Positions 35,701 to 43,579 of a stretch of DNA of 64,000 bases are shown here, piece by piece (within the stretch, counting starts at the first letter, position 1; each line of letters opens with the position of its first letter). This DNA comes from Eledone cirrhosa (Eukaryota): positions 13,826,001-13,890,000 of the forward strand of contig OZ024754.1 of the NCBI GenBank assembly GCA_964016885.1, read 5' to 3'. The translations under genes were made by a program, and so were the position numbers. The notes beneath the pieces are model-generated. The model worked only from the letters and a program-made list of their open reading frames with translations. It was not told where the DNA came from and made no database searches.

Positions 35701-37371
35701 TCCTGTCAATAATGATGTTAATAGCATTAATAGTTGGAGCTCAAGATTGTTATGTCATATATACACAACCGTCACGCAGTAATACAGAAGAGCCGACCCC
35801 CCACGGGTACAAGCCGAAGCTGAAGCATATAGACAATATGCCCCCACACCCTCCACTGCAAAGTGGCCGTGGAGGTGCCATGGCAAAAAAGCACCCAGCC
35901 CACACTGCAAAGTGGACGTGTAGGCGCCATGGAAGACAAGCACCCAGCCCACACTGTAAATGAGGTTGGTGTTAGGAAGGGCATCCAGCTGTAGAAATCA
36001 AGCCAGAATCAGTTCCCGTATGAGCAAGGTATGGTCAGCCGACCGGACACTGCCCACAACAGGACAACCCGTCTAACCATGCTAGCGTGGAAGTATGGAC
36101 ATAAAACGGTGATGATGATGATGATACCAAGACTAATGGATCTAACTGGACAGACAGATAGATAAATAACCAGAGAGACAGAGAGCTAGATAGATAGAGA
36201 GTTAGATAATTAGATATAGAGAGTTAGATAACTAGATATAGAGAGTTAGATAACTAGATATAGAGAGTTAGATAACTAGATAGATAGAAAGTTAGATAAT
36301 TAGATATAGAGAGTTAGATAACTAGATATAGAGAGTTAGATAACTAGATAGATAGAGAGTTAGATAATTAGATAGATAGAGAGTTAGATAATTAGATAGA
36401 GAGTTAGATAACTAGATATAGAGAGTTAGATAACTAGATAGAGAGATAGTTAGATAGATAGAGAGTTAGATAATTAGATAGAGAGTTAGATAACTAGATA
36501 TAGAGAGTTAGATAACTAGATAGAGAGAGAGAGTTAGATAACTAGATAGAGAGAGAGTTAGATAACTAGATAGAGAGAGTTAGATAACTAGATAGAGAGA
36601 GTTAGATAACTAGATATATAGAGAGTTAGATAACTAGATATATAGAGAGTTAGATAACTAGATAGAGAGAGTTAGATAACTAGATAGAGAGAGAGTTAGA
36701 TAACTAGATAGAGAGAGAGTTAGATAACTAGATAGAGAGAGAGAGAGTTAGATAACTAGATATAGAGAGAGAGTTAGATAACTAGATATAGAGAGAGAGT
36801 TAGATAACTAGATATAGAGAGAGAGTTAGATAACTAGATATATAGAGAGAGTTAGATAACTAGATATATAGAGAGTTAGATAACTAGATATAGAGAGAGT
36901 TAGATAACTAGATAGAGAGAGAGTTAGCTAACTAGATATATAGAGAGTTAGATAACTAGATATAGAGAGAGTTAGATAACTAGATATAGAGAGTTAGATA
37001 ACTAGATATATAGTGAGAGTTAGATCACTAGATAGATAGAGAGTTAGATAACTAGATATATAGTGAGAGTTAGATCACTAGATAAAGCACACAGTTAAAT
37101 AACTAGACAGCTAGCTAACACAATTGACAGATAGATATATATAAAGAGATAGATACCAAAAATATTTTTTTTAATGTTTCATCTTATTACCTTTCAATGG
37201 AGCATTTGGTCTATAGAATTTTTCAGAAACCTGGACTTTGAATGGTGATGCTCCTTTCTGTGGAGTAAGTCCTGAAGATATTGGCATCATGGAACCACAA
37301 TTAATGTCAACGGAAAGGGTTGATCCAGTAAAGAGGAACAACAAAAGGATACTGGTAACCATTGGATACAT
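1493..37371 (-). CDS. FRRS1: Ferric-chelate reductase 1 (FRRS1/SDR2)-like gene, 15 coding exons, 598 aa: signal peptide-Reeler-DOMON-cytochrome b561-TM
   Basis: Manual exon assembly: join(complement) 37191-37371, 35439-35584, 35199-35287, 33838-33940, 32882-33094, 25183-25287, 23944-24097, 22337-22459, 19173-19288, 14224-14310, 12499-12567, 9262-9361, 7472-7618, 5383-5453, 1493-1585. All introns GT-AG, phases compatible, 1797 nt, no internal stop. Motifs FQIQAR/TFW (Reeler), CGKTRGC..W.FALS.D..GDD..DC (DOMON), KAH..LM..AW (b561), GRRFKK + TM. The symbol denotes family; it is probably a divergent paralog. Confidence 0.9.
1660..1867. mobile_element. Tigger/pogo-like MITE interrupted by a short RTE-type tail (about 1738-1785)
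   Basis: TA|CAGTGAAATTC ... GAATTTTACCTG|TA termini; related copies at 19321-19470 and about 47208-47366. Confidence 0.6.
2437..3030. repeat. (GAT/GGT)n trinucleotide microsatellite
   Basis: Imperfect ATG/GTG repeat; source of the poly-His/Ile/Met pseudo-ORFs. Confidence 0.95.
3295..3965 (-). mobile_element. RTE-tail retroposon copy with internal ~47-bp tandem expansion (about 3485-3880)
   Basis: Shares ggatgcccttcc..caccaacc..tttacagtg with the SINE/RTE tails; homologous to 53502-53843. Confidence 0.65.
4406..4878. repeat. 49-bp minisatellite, about 9.5 copies
   Basis: unit tactgttcacacctgtgtagggttagctggcctccagtgagggtcatgt. Confidence 0.95.
5383..5453 (-). CDS. FRRS1: FRRS1-like exon 14 (hydrophilic loop)
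   Basis: tttattgcag|(D)RREKYEYAKRENPKMYIPEPHPV|gtaagt; phase 1 to 0. Confidence 0.85.
5472..7140. repeat. 20-bp minisatellite, about 83 copies
   Basis: unit ccagtgtcaataagttggta, starting about 18 nt from the exon 14 acceptor. Confidence 0.97.
7472..7618 (-). CDS. FRRS1: FRRS1-like exon 13
   Basis: cttcttctag|(I)PTLLISLDYGRYYIPWWITWFLVAIMIIQLIIDILLKIHDFCYYEKNE G|gtaaat. Confidence 0.85.
7716..8600. repeat. 48-bp minisatellite derived from retroposon tail
   Basis: unit approx. cacccagcacactctgtaaagtggtagtgttggtgccatgataagatg, decaying rightwards. Confidence 0.9.
8737..9125 (-). mobile_element. Two tandem tRNA-derived SINEs (family B)
   Basis: Minus strand: GAGTTCAAATCC B-box, gcctttcatccttacggggtcgataaaataaagtaccag central block (resembles Meta/MESC-type SINE core), AAT-rich tail. 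Confidence 0.75.
9262..9361 (-). CDS. FRRS1: FRRS1-like exon 12 (b561 TM)
   Basis: ctctttcag|PIIMLLIRCTDGCLQFIFNVICFILCLVTLILA A|gtgagt; phase 0 to 1. Confidence 0.85.
10210..12402. repeat. Compound 11/12-bp satellite (CTGAGGTTAGA / CTGAGGTATTGG)
   Basis: About 2.2 kb of two interspersed unit variants. Confidence 0.97.
12499..12567 (-). CDS. FRRS1: FRRS1-like exon 11 (b561, third His)
   Basis: atttgcag|APYLPLKAHPIMLIIVFVCVLII|gtaagt; 69 nt. Confidence 0.88.
12633..13233 (-). mobile_element. Three head-to-tail family B SINEs separated by the same 15-bp sequence
   Basis: atatagacaaataat at 12618, 12823, 13023, 13234. Confidence 0.8.
13779..14000 (+). mobile_element. piggyBac-like MITE (about 220 bp)
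   Basis: TTAA|CCCTTTA ... TAAAGGG|TTAA; four copies in window. Confidence 0.8.
14224..14310 (-). CDS. FRRS1: FRRS1-like exon 10 (b561 TM)
   Basis: atctctag|VYWTCMVSVFILMILAFILFFVDAGGYVE|gtaagt; 87 nt. Confidence 0.88.
14466..15338. repeat. Cluster of fold-back (palindromic) repeats embedded in (TA)n
   Basis: Inverted arms about 14466-14495/14550-14581, 14591-14668/14702-14780, 15066-15116/15200-15249. Confidence 0.8.
15339..15676 (-). mobile_element. tRNA-derived CORE-like SINE with RTE-type tail (family A)
   Basis: A-box TGGCTTAGTGG, B-box GAGTTCAATTC, CCTTGAGCAAGACACTT core-like block, (GAT)n tail. Confidence 0.85.
15771..16394. repeat. About 225-bp inverted repeat (15771-15993 / 16172-16394), probably Penelope-like pLTR
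   Basis: Near-identical reverse-complement arms (ORFs 15700-15912 and 16253-16474 share sequence); lies next to the PLE endonuclease fragment. Confidence 0.75.
16626..16832 (-). mobile_element. Penelope-like element GIY-YIG endonuclease C-terminal fragment
   Basis: YTIQWKVL...PY....CGLCIEER...LNIRYDFYKRCPHTSKYLL matches the WxIL..Y..CxLCxxEK..LNxR..CxH pattern of PLE ORF ends. Confidence 0.7.
17265..17549 (+). mobile_element. Mariner transposase 3' fragment with right TIR
   Basis: YSPDLAPADFFLFLKMK motif; terminal ggaaactttttgactttccctcg. Confidence 0.85.
18082..18362. repeat. 40-bp minisatellite, 7 copies
   Basis: unit ctccacaccaccaccattttatcaaagatgccctaaccat. Confidence 0.95.
19173..19288 (-). 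CDS. FRRS1: FRRS1-like exon 9 (b561)
   Basis: tttttcag|(V)ILMILAWIFCAPIGCLMSMYYKRMWPNSRFLDKRYWFV|gtaagt. Confidence 0.9.
19321..19470. mobile_element. Tigger/pogo-like MITE
   Basis: TA|CAGTGAAATTCC ... GGAATTTTACCTG|TA; about 30 nt from the exon 9 acceptor. Confidence 0.65.
20138..21213 (-). mobile_element. Non-autonomous Helitron (family H1) with nested RTE fragment
   Basis: A|TCTATAATATAATAAAA 5' end, 3' hairpin ending CTAA|T; homologous to 61450-62119. Confidence 0.75.
20229..20717 (-). mobile_element. 5'-truncated RTE-clade LINE fragment
   Basis: Homologous to 41513-42029 (RWYGHVMRM..GRPRKTW); (GAT)n tail. Confidence 0.85.
22337..22459 (-). CDS. FRRS1: FRRS1-like exon 8 (DOMON His ligand; first b561 His)
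   Basis: aattccag|(G)KKTIHGLGIGRVPIVS...RYPVAKAH G|gtaagt; 123 nt, phase 1-1. Confidence 0.9.
22500..23977. repeat. 48-bp minisatellite made of the exon 7 end plus 5' splice site; fills intron 7
   Basis: Minus unit CATGTGGTGTTGGGTGGAGGCAAAGCTTGGGATG|GTAAGTTGAGCTTT; homogeneous 22870-23977, degenerate 22500-22870. Confidence 0.97.
23944..24097 (-). CDS. FRRS1: FRRS1-like exon 7 (DOMON)
   Basis: tttccctcag|PKKGIVYETGSHYNNRLRCRFRVHK...WHVVLGGGKAWD G|gtaagt. The 3' end is ambiguous because the donor is tandemly repeated. Confidence 0.85.
24130..24965. repeat. Purine/pyrimidine-biased compound repeat (polypyrimidine on the gene strand)
   Basis: gagtgggagagagggaagtaagagag units and GA runs. Confidence 0.9.
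25183..25287 (-). CDS. FRRS1: FRRS1-like exon 6 (DOMON)
   Basis: ttctgtccag|GDDYAFDCIEDFKHGIVSVSLSYIRGVNDIVELSE|gtaggt; 105 nt. Confidence 0.9.
25300..27085. repeat. 47-bp minisatellite, about 38 copies, TACTAAC in nearly every unit on the gene strand
   Basis: plus unit aatgggattagatgtatgtaaagtagttagtagtaaataatagatat. Confidence 0.97.
27858..28075 (-). mobile_element. piggyBac-like MITE
   Basis: TTAA|CCC...GGG|TTAA; homologous to 13779-14000. Confidence 0.8.
28180..28605. repeat. 30-bp G-rich minisatellite
   Basis: unit ttggggaggaagtaaggtgtggtggcacag. Confidence 0.95.
28698..28992. repeat. 48-bp minisatellite, 6 near-perfect copies
   Basis: unit gtgtatacaacacatgggagtgtatagagtcagtgcagggaaatacat. 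Confidence 0.95.
29437..29618 (-). mobile_element. RTE LINE 3' fragment
   Basis: GRRSRGRPRKTWAEVVRADLRSLKL..WRDAVLNRTRP; (GAT)n tail. Confidence 0.85.
31130..32733. repeat. 47-49-bp minisatellite grown from a retroposon tail
   Basis: unit ctgggtgctttttgctgtgtcttttacatgtccactttacagtgtgtg, contiguous with the tail copy at 30960-31130. Confidence 0.93.
32882..33094 (-). CDS. FRRS1: FRRS1-like exon 5 (DOMON N-part)
   Basis: tgtttcag|NIVPLTKQINTADCGKTRGCYREPVGC...VWMTFALSDDTYE|gtaggt; 213 nt, phase 0-0. Confidence 0.9.
33838..33940 (-). CDS. FRRS1: FRRS1-like exon 4 (end of Reeler, linker)
   Basis: tgtgtag|(L)FTVSKNFKTFWVRERSATVIDYTKGLPMPPVPQE|gtaagt; phase 2 to 0. Confidence 0.9.
34599..34809 (-). 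mobile_element. piggyBac-like MITE
   Basis: TTAA|CCCTTTAG...CTAAAGGG|TTAA. Confidence 0.8.
35199..35287 (-). CDS. FRRS1: FRRS1-like exon 3 (Reeler)
   Basis: tatttcag|AGYVKVNNEPLSNISFFWRVKQYVGHIYF|gtaagt; phase 0 to 2. Confidence 0.85.
35439..35584 (-). CDS. FRRS1: FRRS1-like exon 2 (Reeler)
   Basis: ttttttcag|..VTVMSTDGSEFQDFQIQARKLSG..CKEAAG|gtaagt; phase 1 to 0. Confidence 0.9.
36170..37085. repeat. GATA-related ~20-26-bp repeat (gagagttagataactagata)
   Basis: Variable-length units, ending about 100 nt from the exon 1 donor. Confidence 0.9.
37191..37371 (-). CDS. FRRS1: FRRS1-like coding exon 1 (signal peptide, start of Reeler)
   Basis: GCCACC-ATG at 37371; MYPMVTSILLLFLFTGSTLSVDINCGSMMP...APLK; donor AAG|gtaata. 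An upstream acceptor tctcttctacag (exon start 37438) implies a further 5' UTR exon. Confidence 0.9.
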
Positions 37372-37991
37372 GGTGGCTGAAATTAATTGGCTTCAGCTAG
37401 AATGTCAATTTCTCATCAAGGACCAAAGTTGGAATATTCTGTAGAAGAGAGAGAAAGTGAGAGGTGTTAAAACATGGTGGTAATGTAATATAGTGAAACA
37501 TGATATACTGTTTAACATCTATTTTCCAAGCTTGCATGGGTTAGACAGGTTGTCCTGTTATGAGGCCAAACAAGACAGGTGACAGTATCTTACTTATACG
37601 ATCCATTTTAGGGTAGGTTTTCTACGGATGGATGCCCTTCCTAACACCAACCACCTAAGAGCATCTACTGGAAGCTTTTTTCATGGCACCACCACTACCA
37701 CCTTATGGGGTGGACAGGGTGCTATTTGTCGTAGCACCAGTACAACCACCTTACAAACCTACACAAAACATGCCTGGATTCTATGAATGAAAACCATATA
37801 TTTTAAAAGCTAATTAGATTAAAATCTTCCAACATAATTTTCTATAAGAACCTTATGTTATGTTACAAATATCGTCATAATAATGAAATAATTAAAAATT
37901 GTAGTAAATACCTGCAAATTCATCATTAATCAATTCAAATACATTAAAAATATTGTTTCAAAGGGGTTAAAAATATATAACGTACAGATAA

Positions 37992-38345
37992 GGAGGCACA
38001 TGGCTTAGTGGTTAGAGCATTGGCCTTGCAATCGAAAGGTTGTGAGTTCAATTCTCGGACTGGGTCATGTGTTGTTTCCTTGAGCAAGACACTTTATTTC
38101 ACATTGCTCCAGTTTACTCAGCTGTAGAAATGAGATGATAGGGACTGGGGTCCCTATCTTCCACTGCAAAGTGGTCGTGCAGGTGCCATGGCAAAAAGGC
38201 ACCCAGCACTCACTGTAAATGAGGTTGGTGTTAGGAAGGGCATCCAGCTGTAGAAATCAAGCCAAAATCAGTTCCCGTCCCACCCTTGCAAGCAGGGAAA
38301 AGCGGACGTAAAATCAAATGAAATGAAAATGAATGAAAATGAATA
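37992..38345 (+). mobile_element. Family A tRNA/CORE-like SINE
   Basis: A/B boxes, core block, RTE-like 3' end. Confidence 0.85.
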
Positions 38346-38370
38346 AACGCAAACTTTAAATCAAAATATG

Positions 38371-38656
38371 GGTGTTTAGGATCATGACTTTCAGAAACAT
38401 TTTTCACACTCAGAGTTGCTGAAGCATGGAACAAACTACCTGCATCAGTTGTTAGCTGCCGAGACACTGCATCCTTTAAAATCTCCATGCTTCCTGAAAT
38501 TCGCCAACACTACACTTGATACCCCATACACATGCACACATGTATATCATGACTCATACACTGTTCACTTTCCTGACATTTGTACATTATTCTATTTACT
38601 ATACATGCACCTTTGACGACTTGTAGTGCACCTGAGCACTGTACAATAATTTCATT
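38371..38656 (+). mobile_element. CR1/L2-type LINE 3' fragment
   Basis: Translates HDFQKHFFTLRVAEAWNKLPASVVSCRDTASFK, the FF.xRV..WNxLP..VV....FK RT C-terminus of CR1-like LINEs. Confidence 0.75.
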
Positions 38657-38659
38657 ACG

Positions 38660-38855
38660 GCGGTGAATTGGCAGTATAGGTAGAGGGTCGGACACCATGC
38701 TTTCCAGCATAGTTACATCCCTTTACGGTCTGAGTTCAAATCCCGCCGAGGTTAACTTTGCCCTTCATCCTTACGGGGTCGATAAAATAAAGCACCAGTA
38801 ATGTACTGGGTAATTGCTGGCCTTGTGTCAAAAGTAGAAACAATTATTATATTAT
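38660..38855 (+). mobile_element. Family B SINE
   Basis: GAGTTCAAATCCC B-box, tcatccttacggggtcgataaaataaa block, (ATT)n tail. Confidence 0.8.
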
Positions 38856-38929
38856 TATAATATCATTTCTGCTAGCAGGGAAAATGGATGTTAAATAATG
38901 ATGATGAAGCTATTGACACAATAAAATCC

Positions 38930-40998
38930 TTGCAGTCCACACTGTAAAGTGGTAGTGCTGGTGCCATGACAAAATGTACTCATCCCACACTGTAAAGTTG
39001 TAGTGCTGGTGTCACAATAAAATGCCCCCAGTACACACTGTATAGTGGTAGTGTTGGTGTCACAATAAAATGCTCCCAGTATACACTGTATAGTGGTAGT
39101 GCTGGTGCCACAATAAAATGCTCCCAGTACACACTGTATAGTGATAGTGCTGGTGTCACAATAAAATGCTCCCAGTACACACTGTATAGTGGTAGTGCTG
39201 GTGCCACAATAAAATGCTCCCAGTACACACTGTATAGTGGTAGTGCTGGTGCCACAATAAAATGCTCCCAATACACACTGTATAGTGGTAGTGCTGGTGT
39301 CACAATAAAATGCTCCCAGTACACACTGTATAGTGGTAGTGCTGGTGTCACAATAAAATGCTCCCAGTACACACTGTATAGTGGTAGTACTGGTGCCACA
39401 ATAAAATGCTCCCAGTACACACTGTATAGTGGTAGTGCTGGTGCCACAATAAAATGCTCCCAATACACACTGTATAGTGGTAGTGCTGGTGTCACAATAA
39501 AATGCTCCCAGTACACACTGTATAGTGGTAGTGCTGGTGTCACAATAAAATGCTCCCAGTACACACTGTATAGTGGTAGTGCTGGTGCCACAATAAAATG
39601 CCCCCAGTACACACTGTATAGTGGTAGTGCTGGTGTCACAATAAAATGCTCCCAGTACACACTGTATAGTGGTAGTGCTGGTGCCACAATAAAATGCTCC
39701 CAGTACACACTGTATAGTGATAGTGCTGGTGTCACAATAAAATGCTCCCAGTACACACTGTATAGTGGTAGTGCTGGTGCCACAATAAAATGCTCCCAGT
39801 ACACACTGTATAGTGGTAGTGCTGGTGCCACAATAAAATGCTCCCAATACACACTGTATAGTGGTAGTGCTGGTGTCACAATAAAATGCTCCCAGTACAC
39901 ACTGTATAGTGGTAGTGCTGGTGTCACAATAAAATGCTCCCAGTACACACTGTATAGTGGTAGTACTGGTGCCACAATAAAATGCTCCCAGTACACACTG
40001 TATAGTGGTAGTGCTGGTGCCACAATAAAATGCTCCCAATACACACTGTATAGTGGTAGTGCTGGTGTCACAATAAAATGCTCCCAGTACACACTGTATA
40101 GTGGTAGTGCTGGTGTCACAATAAAATGCTCCCAGTACACACTGTATAGTGGTAGTGCTGGTGCCACAATAAAATGCTCCAAGTACACACTGTATAGTGG
40201 TAGTGCTGGTGCCACAATAAAATGCTCCCAGTACACACTGTATAGTGGTAGTGCTGGTGCCACAATAAAATGCTCCAAGTACACACTGTATAGTGGTAGT
40301 GCTGGTGCCACAATAAAATGCTCCCAGTACACACTGTATAGTGGTAGTGCTGGTGCCACAATAAAATGCTCCCAGTACACACTGTATAGTGGTAGTGCTG
40401 GTGCCACAATAAAATGCTCCCAATACACACTGTATAGTGGTAGTGCTGGTGTCACAATAAAATGCTCCCAGTACACACTGTATAGTGGTAGTGCTGGTGT
40501 CACAATAAAATGCTCCCAGTACACACTGTATAGTGGTAGTACTGGTGCCACAATAAAATGCTCCCAGTACACACTGTATAGTGGTAGTGCTGGTGCCACA
40601 ATAAAATGCACCCAATACACACTGTATAGTGGTAGTGCTGGTGTCACAATAAAATGCTCCCAGTACACACTGTATAGTGGTAGTGCTGGTGTCACAATAA
40701 AATGCTCCCAGTACACACTGTATAGTGGTAGTGCTGGTGCCACAATAAAATGCTCCAAGTACACACTGTATAGTGGTAGTGCTGGTGCCACAATAAAATG
40801 CTCCCAGTACACACTGTATAGTGGTAGTGCTGGTGCCACAATAAAATGCTCCAAGTACACACTGTATAGTGGTAGTGCTGGTGCCACAATAAAATGCTCC
40901 CAGTACACACTGTATAGTGGTAGTGCTGGTGCCACAATAAAATGCTCCCAGTACACACTGTATAGTGGTAGTGCTGGTGCCACAATAAAATGCTCCAA
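38930..40998. repeat. 48-bp minisatellite, about 43 copies, retroposon-tail derived
   Basis: unit gtgccacaataaaatgctcccagtacacactgtatagtggtagtgctg; source of the 574/672 aa pseudo-ORFs. Confidence 0.97.
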
Positions 40999-41152
40999 GG
41001 CATTTGACTATGGAAAATGCAGAGAGAAATAAATATATTCAGGTCTTGGGCATTTAATCCAAAATAAATATTTAATTTTAAATGTTCCTGTTGATGTTAT
41101 TTATGATTAAGGATCTGTCATAATGTCAACATCTGGAGTAAATAACAGGGAT

Positions 41153-41328
41153 ACCAGACAGATGTGAGAAATAGGGAGACCAGACAGATGTGAGAAATAG
41201 GGAGACCAGACATATGTGAGAAATAGGGAGACCAGACATATGTGAGAAATAGGGAGACCAGACATATGTGAGAAATAGGGAGACCAGACAGATGTGAGAA
41301 ATAGGGAGACCAGACATATGTGAGAAAT
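41153..41328. repeat. 26-bp minisatellite
   Basis: unit accagacatatgtgagaaatagggag. Confidence 0.9.
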
Positions 41329-41512
41329 GAAAGTTCAATGAAGATTTGGAGTTGAATAACATATACTGCAGTCATCAGATTGTTGTATTCTATAGATATC
41401 TACAATAAATCCATCCACGGGTAGAGATTTAGTAATAAGAGCACTCAGAAATATATGTCCCTATACAGTTGTAATACACCCACTATCAACATCATTTTAC
41501 ACTAACACACAA

Positions 41513-42114
41513 CATCATCATAATTTTACGTCCACTTTTCCCTGCTTGCAAGTTGGGACGGGTCTTATTCAGCACAGCATCTCTCTACTTGTCACGGTCC
41601 TTCGTCATCTCCACCGTGAACTTCAGCGATCTGAGGGCTGTTCTCACCACCTCCGCCCATGTTTTTCGTGGTCTACCTCTACCACGTCTTCCTTCAACTG
41701 ACATTTCCTGGCACTTCTTCATCCATCGGTCATCCTCCATGCGCATCACATGTCCATACCACCTCAGTCTCCTCTCCCGTACACTACATTCTATCCCTCT
41801 CAGACACAGTTTCTCTCTCAACACATCCATGCTGGGTCGTTCACACACATTGACATTGCACATCCAATGGAGCATGCTTGTCTCATTTCTCTCCAGCCGT
41901 CGCATATCCTCTGCAGTTGCTGCCCATGTCTCACTACCATGCAGCATCACGCTCCTCACACAGGCATCATATAACCGGCCTTTCGCACGCAGGGAGAAAC
42001 CCTTCTTCGTCAGCAGAGGAAGCAGCTCCGAGGCCATAGTATCTAGAATAAGGACGTGTTGGAAGAAGTTTAGGGAGCTGCTTCCTCTGCTGACGAAGAA
42101 GGGTTTCTCCCTGC
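41513..42114 (-). mobile_element. 5'-truncated RTE LINE with 5' inversion
   Basis: LLPLLTKKGFSLRAKGRLYDACVRSVMLHGSETW...RLRWYGHVMRM...GRPRKTW; 42030-42114 inverted. Confidence 0.9.
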
Positions 42115-42116
42115 AT

Positions 42117-42163
<47 letters not shown>

Positions 42164-42265
42164 TATATATATGTACCCGCTCACAAACACACACACATAC
42201 AAATATGCATACGTATATACACACACACACAGAAACACATACAACCGCACATACAGATACATATA

Positions 42266-43135
42266 TCTGTATATATAAAATTAAGTATGTCTGTGTGTCT
42301 GTGTATTACCTATAAGGGCCTACATCTTACGACCGATTTTCATGAAAATTTACAGGCTCATAGGTTAGTCATCGGGGAGTGTTTTCTATATATCAGCGTA
42401 TAATTTTTTTTATTCCGGGGTCATTCTGTAGATAAAAATCGATTGGGGGGGGGGGGGGGGGGTCACCTTTTTTCAGGTATCGAAAAATAATATTTTTGGC
42501 TCTAGCTCCCACATTTTGCCACTGATTTCGTTCAAATTTTAAAGCAAAATAGAATTTATAATTGCACATCCTGTAATGGCTTTATATTTCGCATTTGTTG
42601 TTCGGGGACGGCGTGACAGCCGCTTAAATACTACTTAAACCTACTTAGTTCAAATTTTACACTACGCTAGATCTGATTATTTTACATCTTAAAGTGGCTT
42701 TACATTTTGGATATTTTGTTCAGGAACGCTTAAATATTCGAAAATACCACCTTTTCGCTCAAATTTCCGCCTTTTCGGCTCTAGCTCCCACATTTTTCAA
42801 CCGATTTCGTTCAAATTCGAAACTTCAGCTCCACCTCACACATAAATCAATTTATTTGGTTCAACTTTTATACTACGATAGACCCTATCATTGCACATCT
42901 TATAGTAGCTTTACACTTTGCAATTTTTGTTCAGGGACGGCATGGCAGCCGTTTAACTCTTCAAAATACAATTTTTTCCACCTCCCACATATTCCATACG
43001 ATTTCACTCAACATTTCGCCATTTGCTACACCTTACGACCGATTTTCAAGAAACTCGCAGTCGCTAAGATCAACACCTTTTCATCAAAGCAGATATTATT
43101 TTACCTACCCAGGCAATGCTGGGTACTGCTGCTAG
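42266..43135 (+). mobile_element. Non-autonomous Helitron (family H2)
   Basis: A|TCTGTATATATAAAA 5' end; ACCCAGGCAATGCTGGGT hairpin about 10 nt before CTAG|T. Confidence 0.8.
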
Positions 43136-43218
43136 TATATATATATTTACATACATACACACACACAGAAACACATATATATACACCCACAGACACTTTA
43201 CTGTATAACATTAATAAC

Positions 43219-43275
<57 letters not shown>

Positions 43276-43579
43276 AAATGTGGGTACTGCAGTGTGTGTG
43301 TGTGTGGTGTAATATTGTGTGTTATGTGTACTGTGTGTCTGTTCTGCGTTTGTGTTCTGTTTTCAGTGTGTGTGTGTTCCCTGAAAGAAATTGATAAAAC
43401 TAAAATGAAATAATGCCCTCGTCCCCTTTTTTTTGTTTTTGTTTTGAGAAATAAAATAAAATAAAATAAAACAACATTAAAGCTATTCTTGCTTAATTTA
43501 TGTTTGGACTCTTTCTAAGCAAAGGTAAGTTTTGACACCTGTCATCTAGGGATGGATTTAGAAATAAAGCAGCCCCTAC

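Noticed and set aside
1493-37371. Calling the FRRS1-like gene a pseudogene because of lost heme ligands
   Set aside because: All 15 exons are open, splice sites are canonical, phases match, and the length fits the family
37992-38065. tRNA-like sequence with A and B boxes
   Set aside because: It is the head of a multicopy SINE, continuing into core and tail
38891-40998. 574 and 672 aa repetitive ORFs
   Set aside because: 48-bp TE-derived minisatellite that is stop-free by chance; no unique coding flanks
42694-43413. 239 aa ORF
   Set aside because: Overlaps a non-autonomous Helitron and a TA tract; no Rep/helicase motifs
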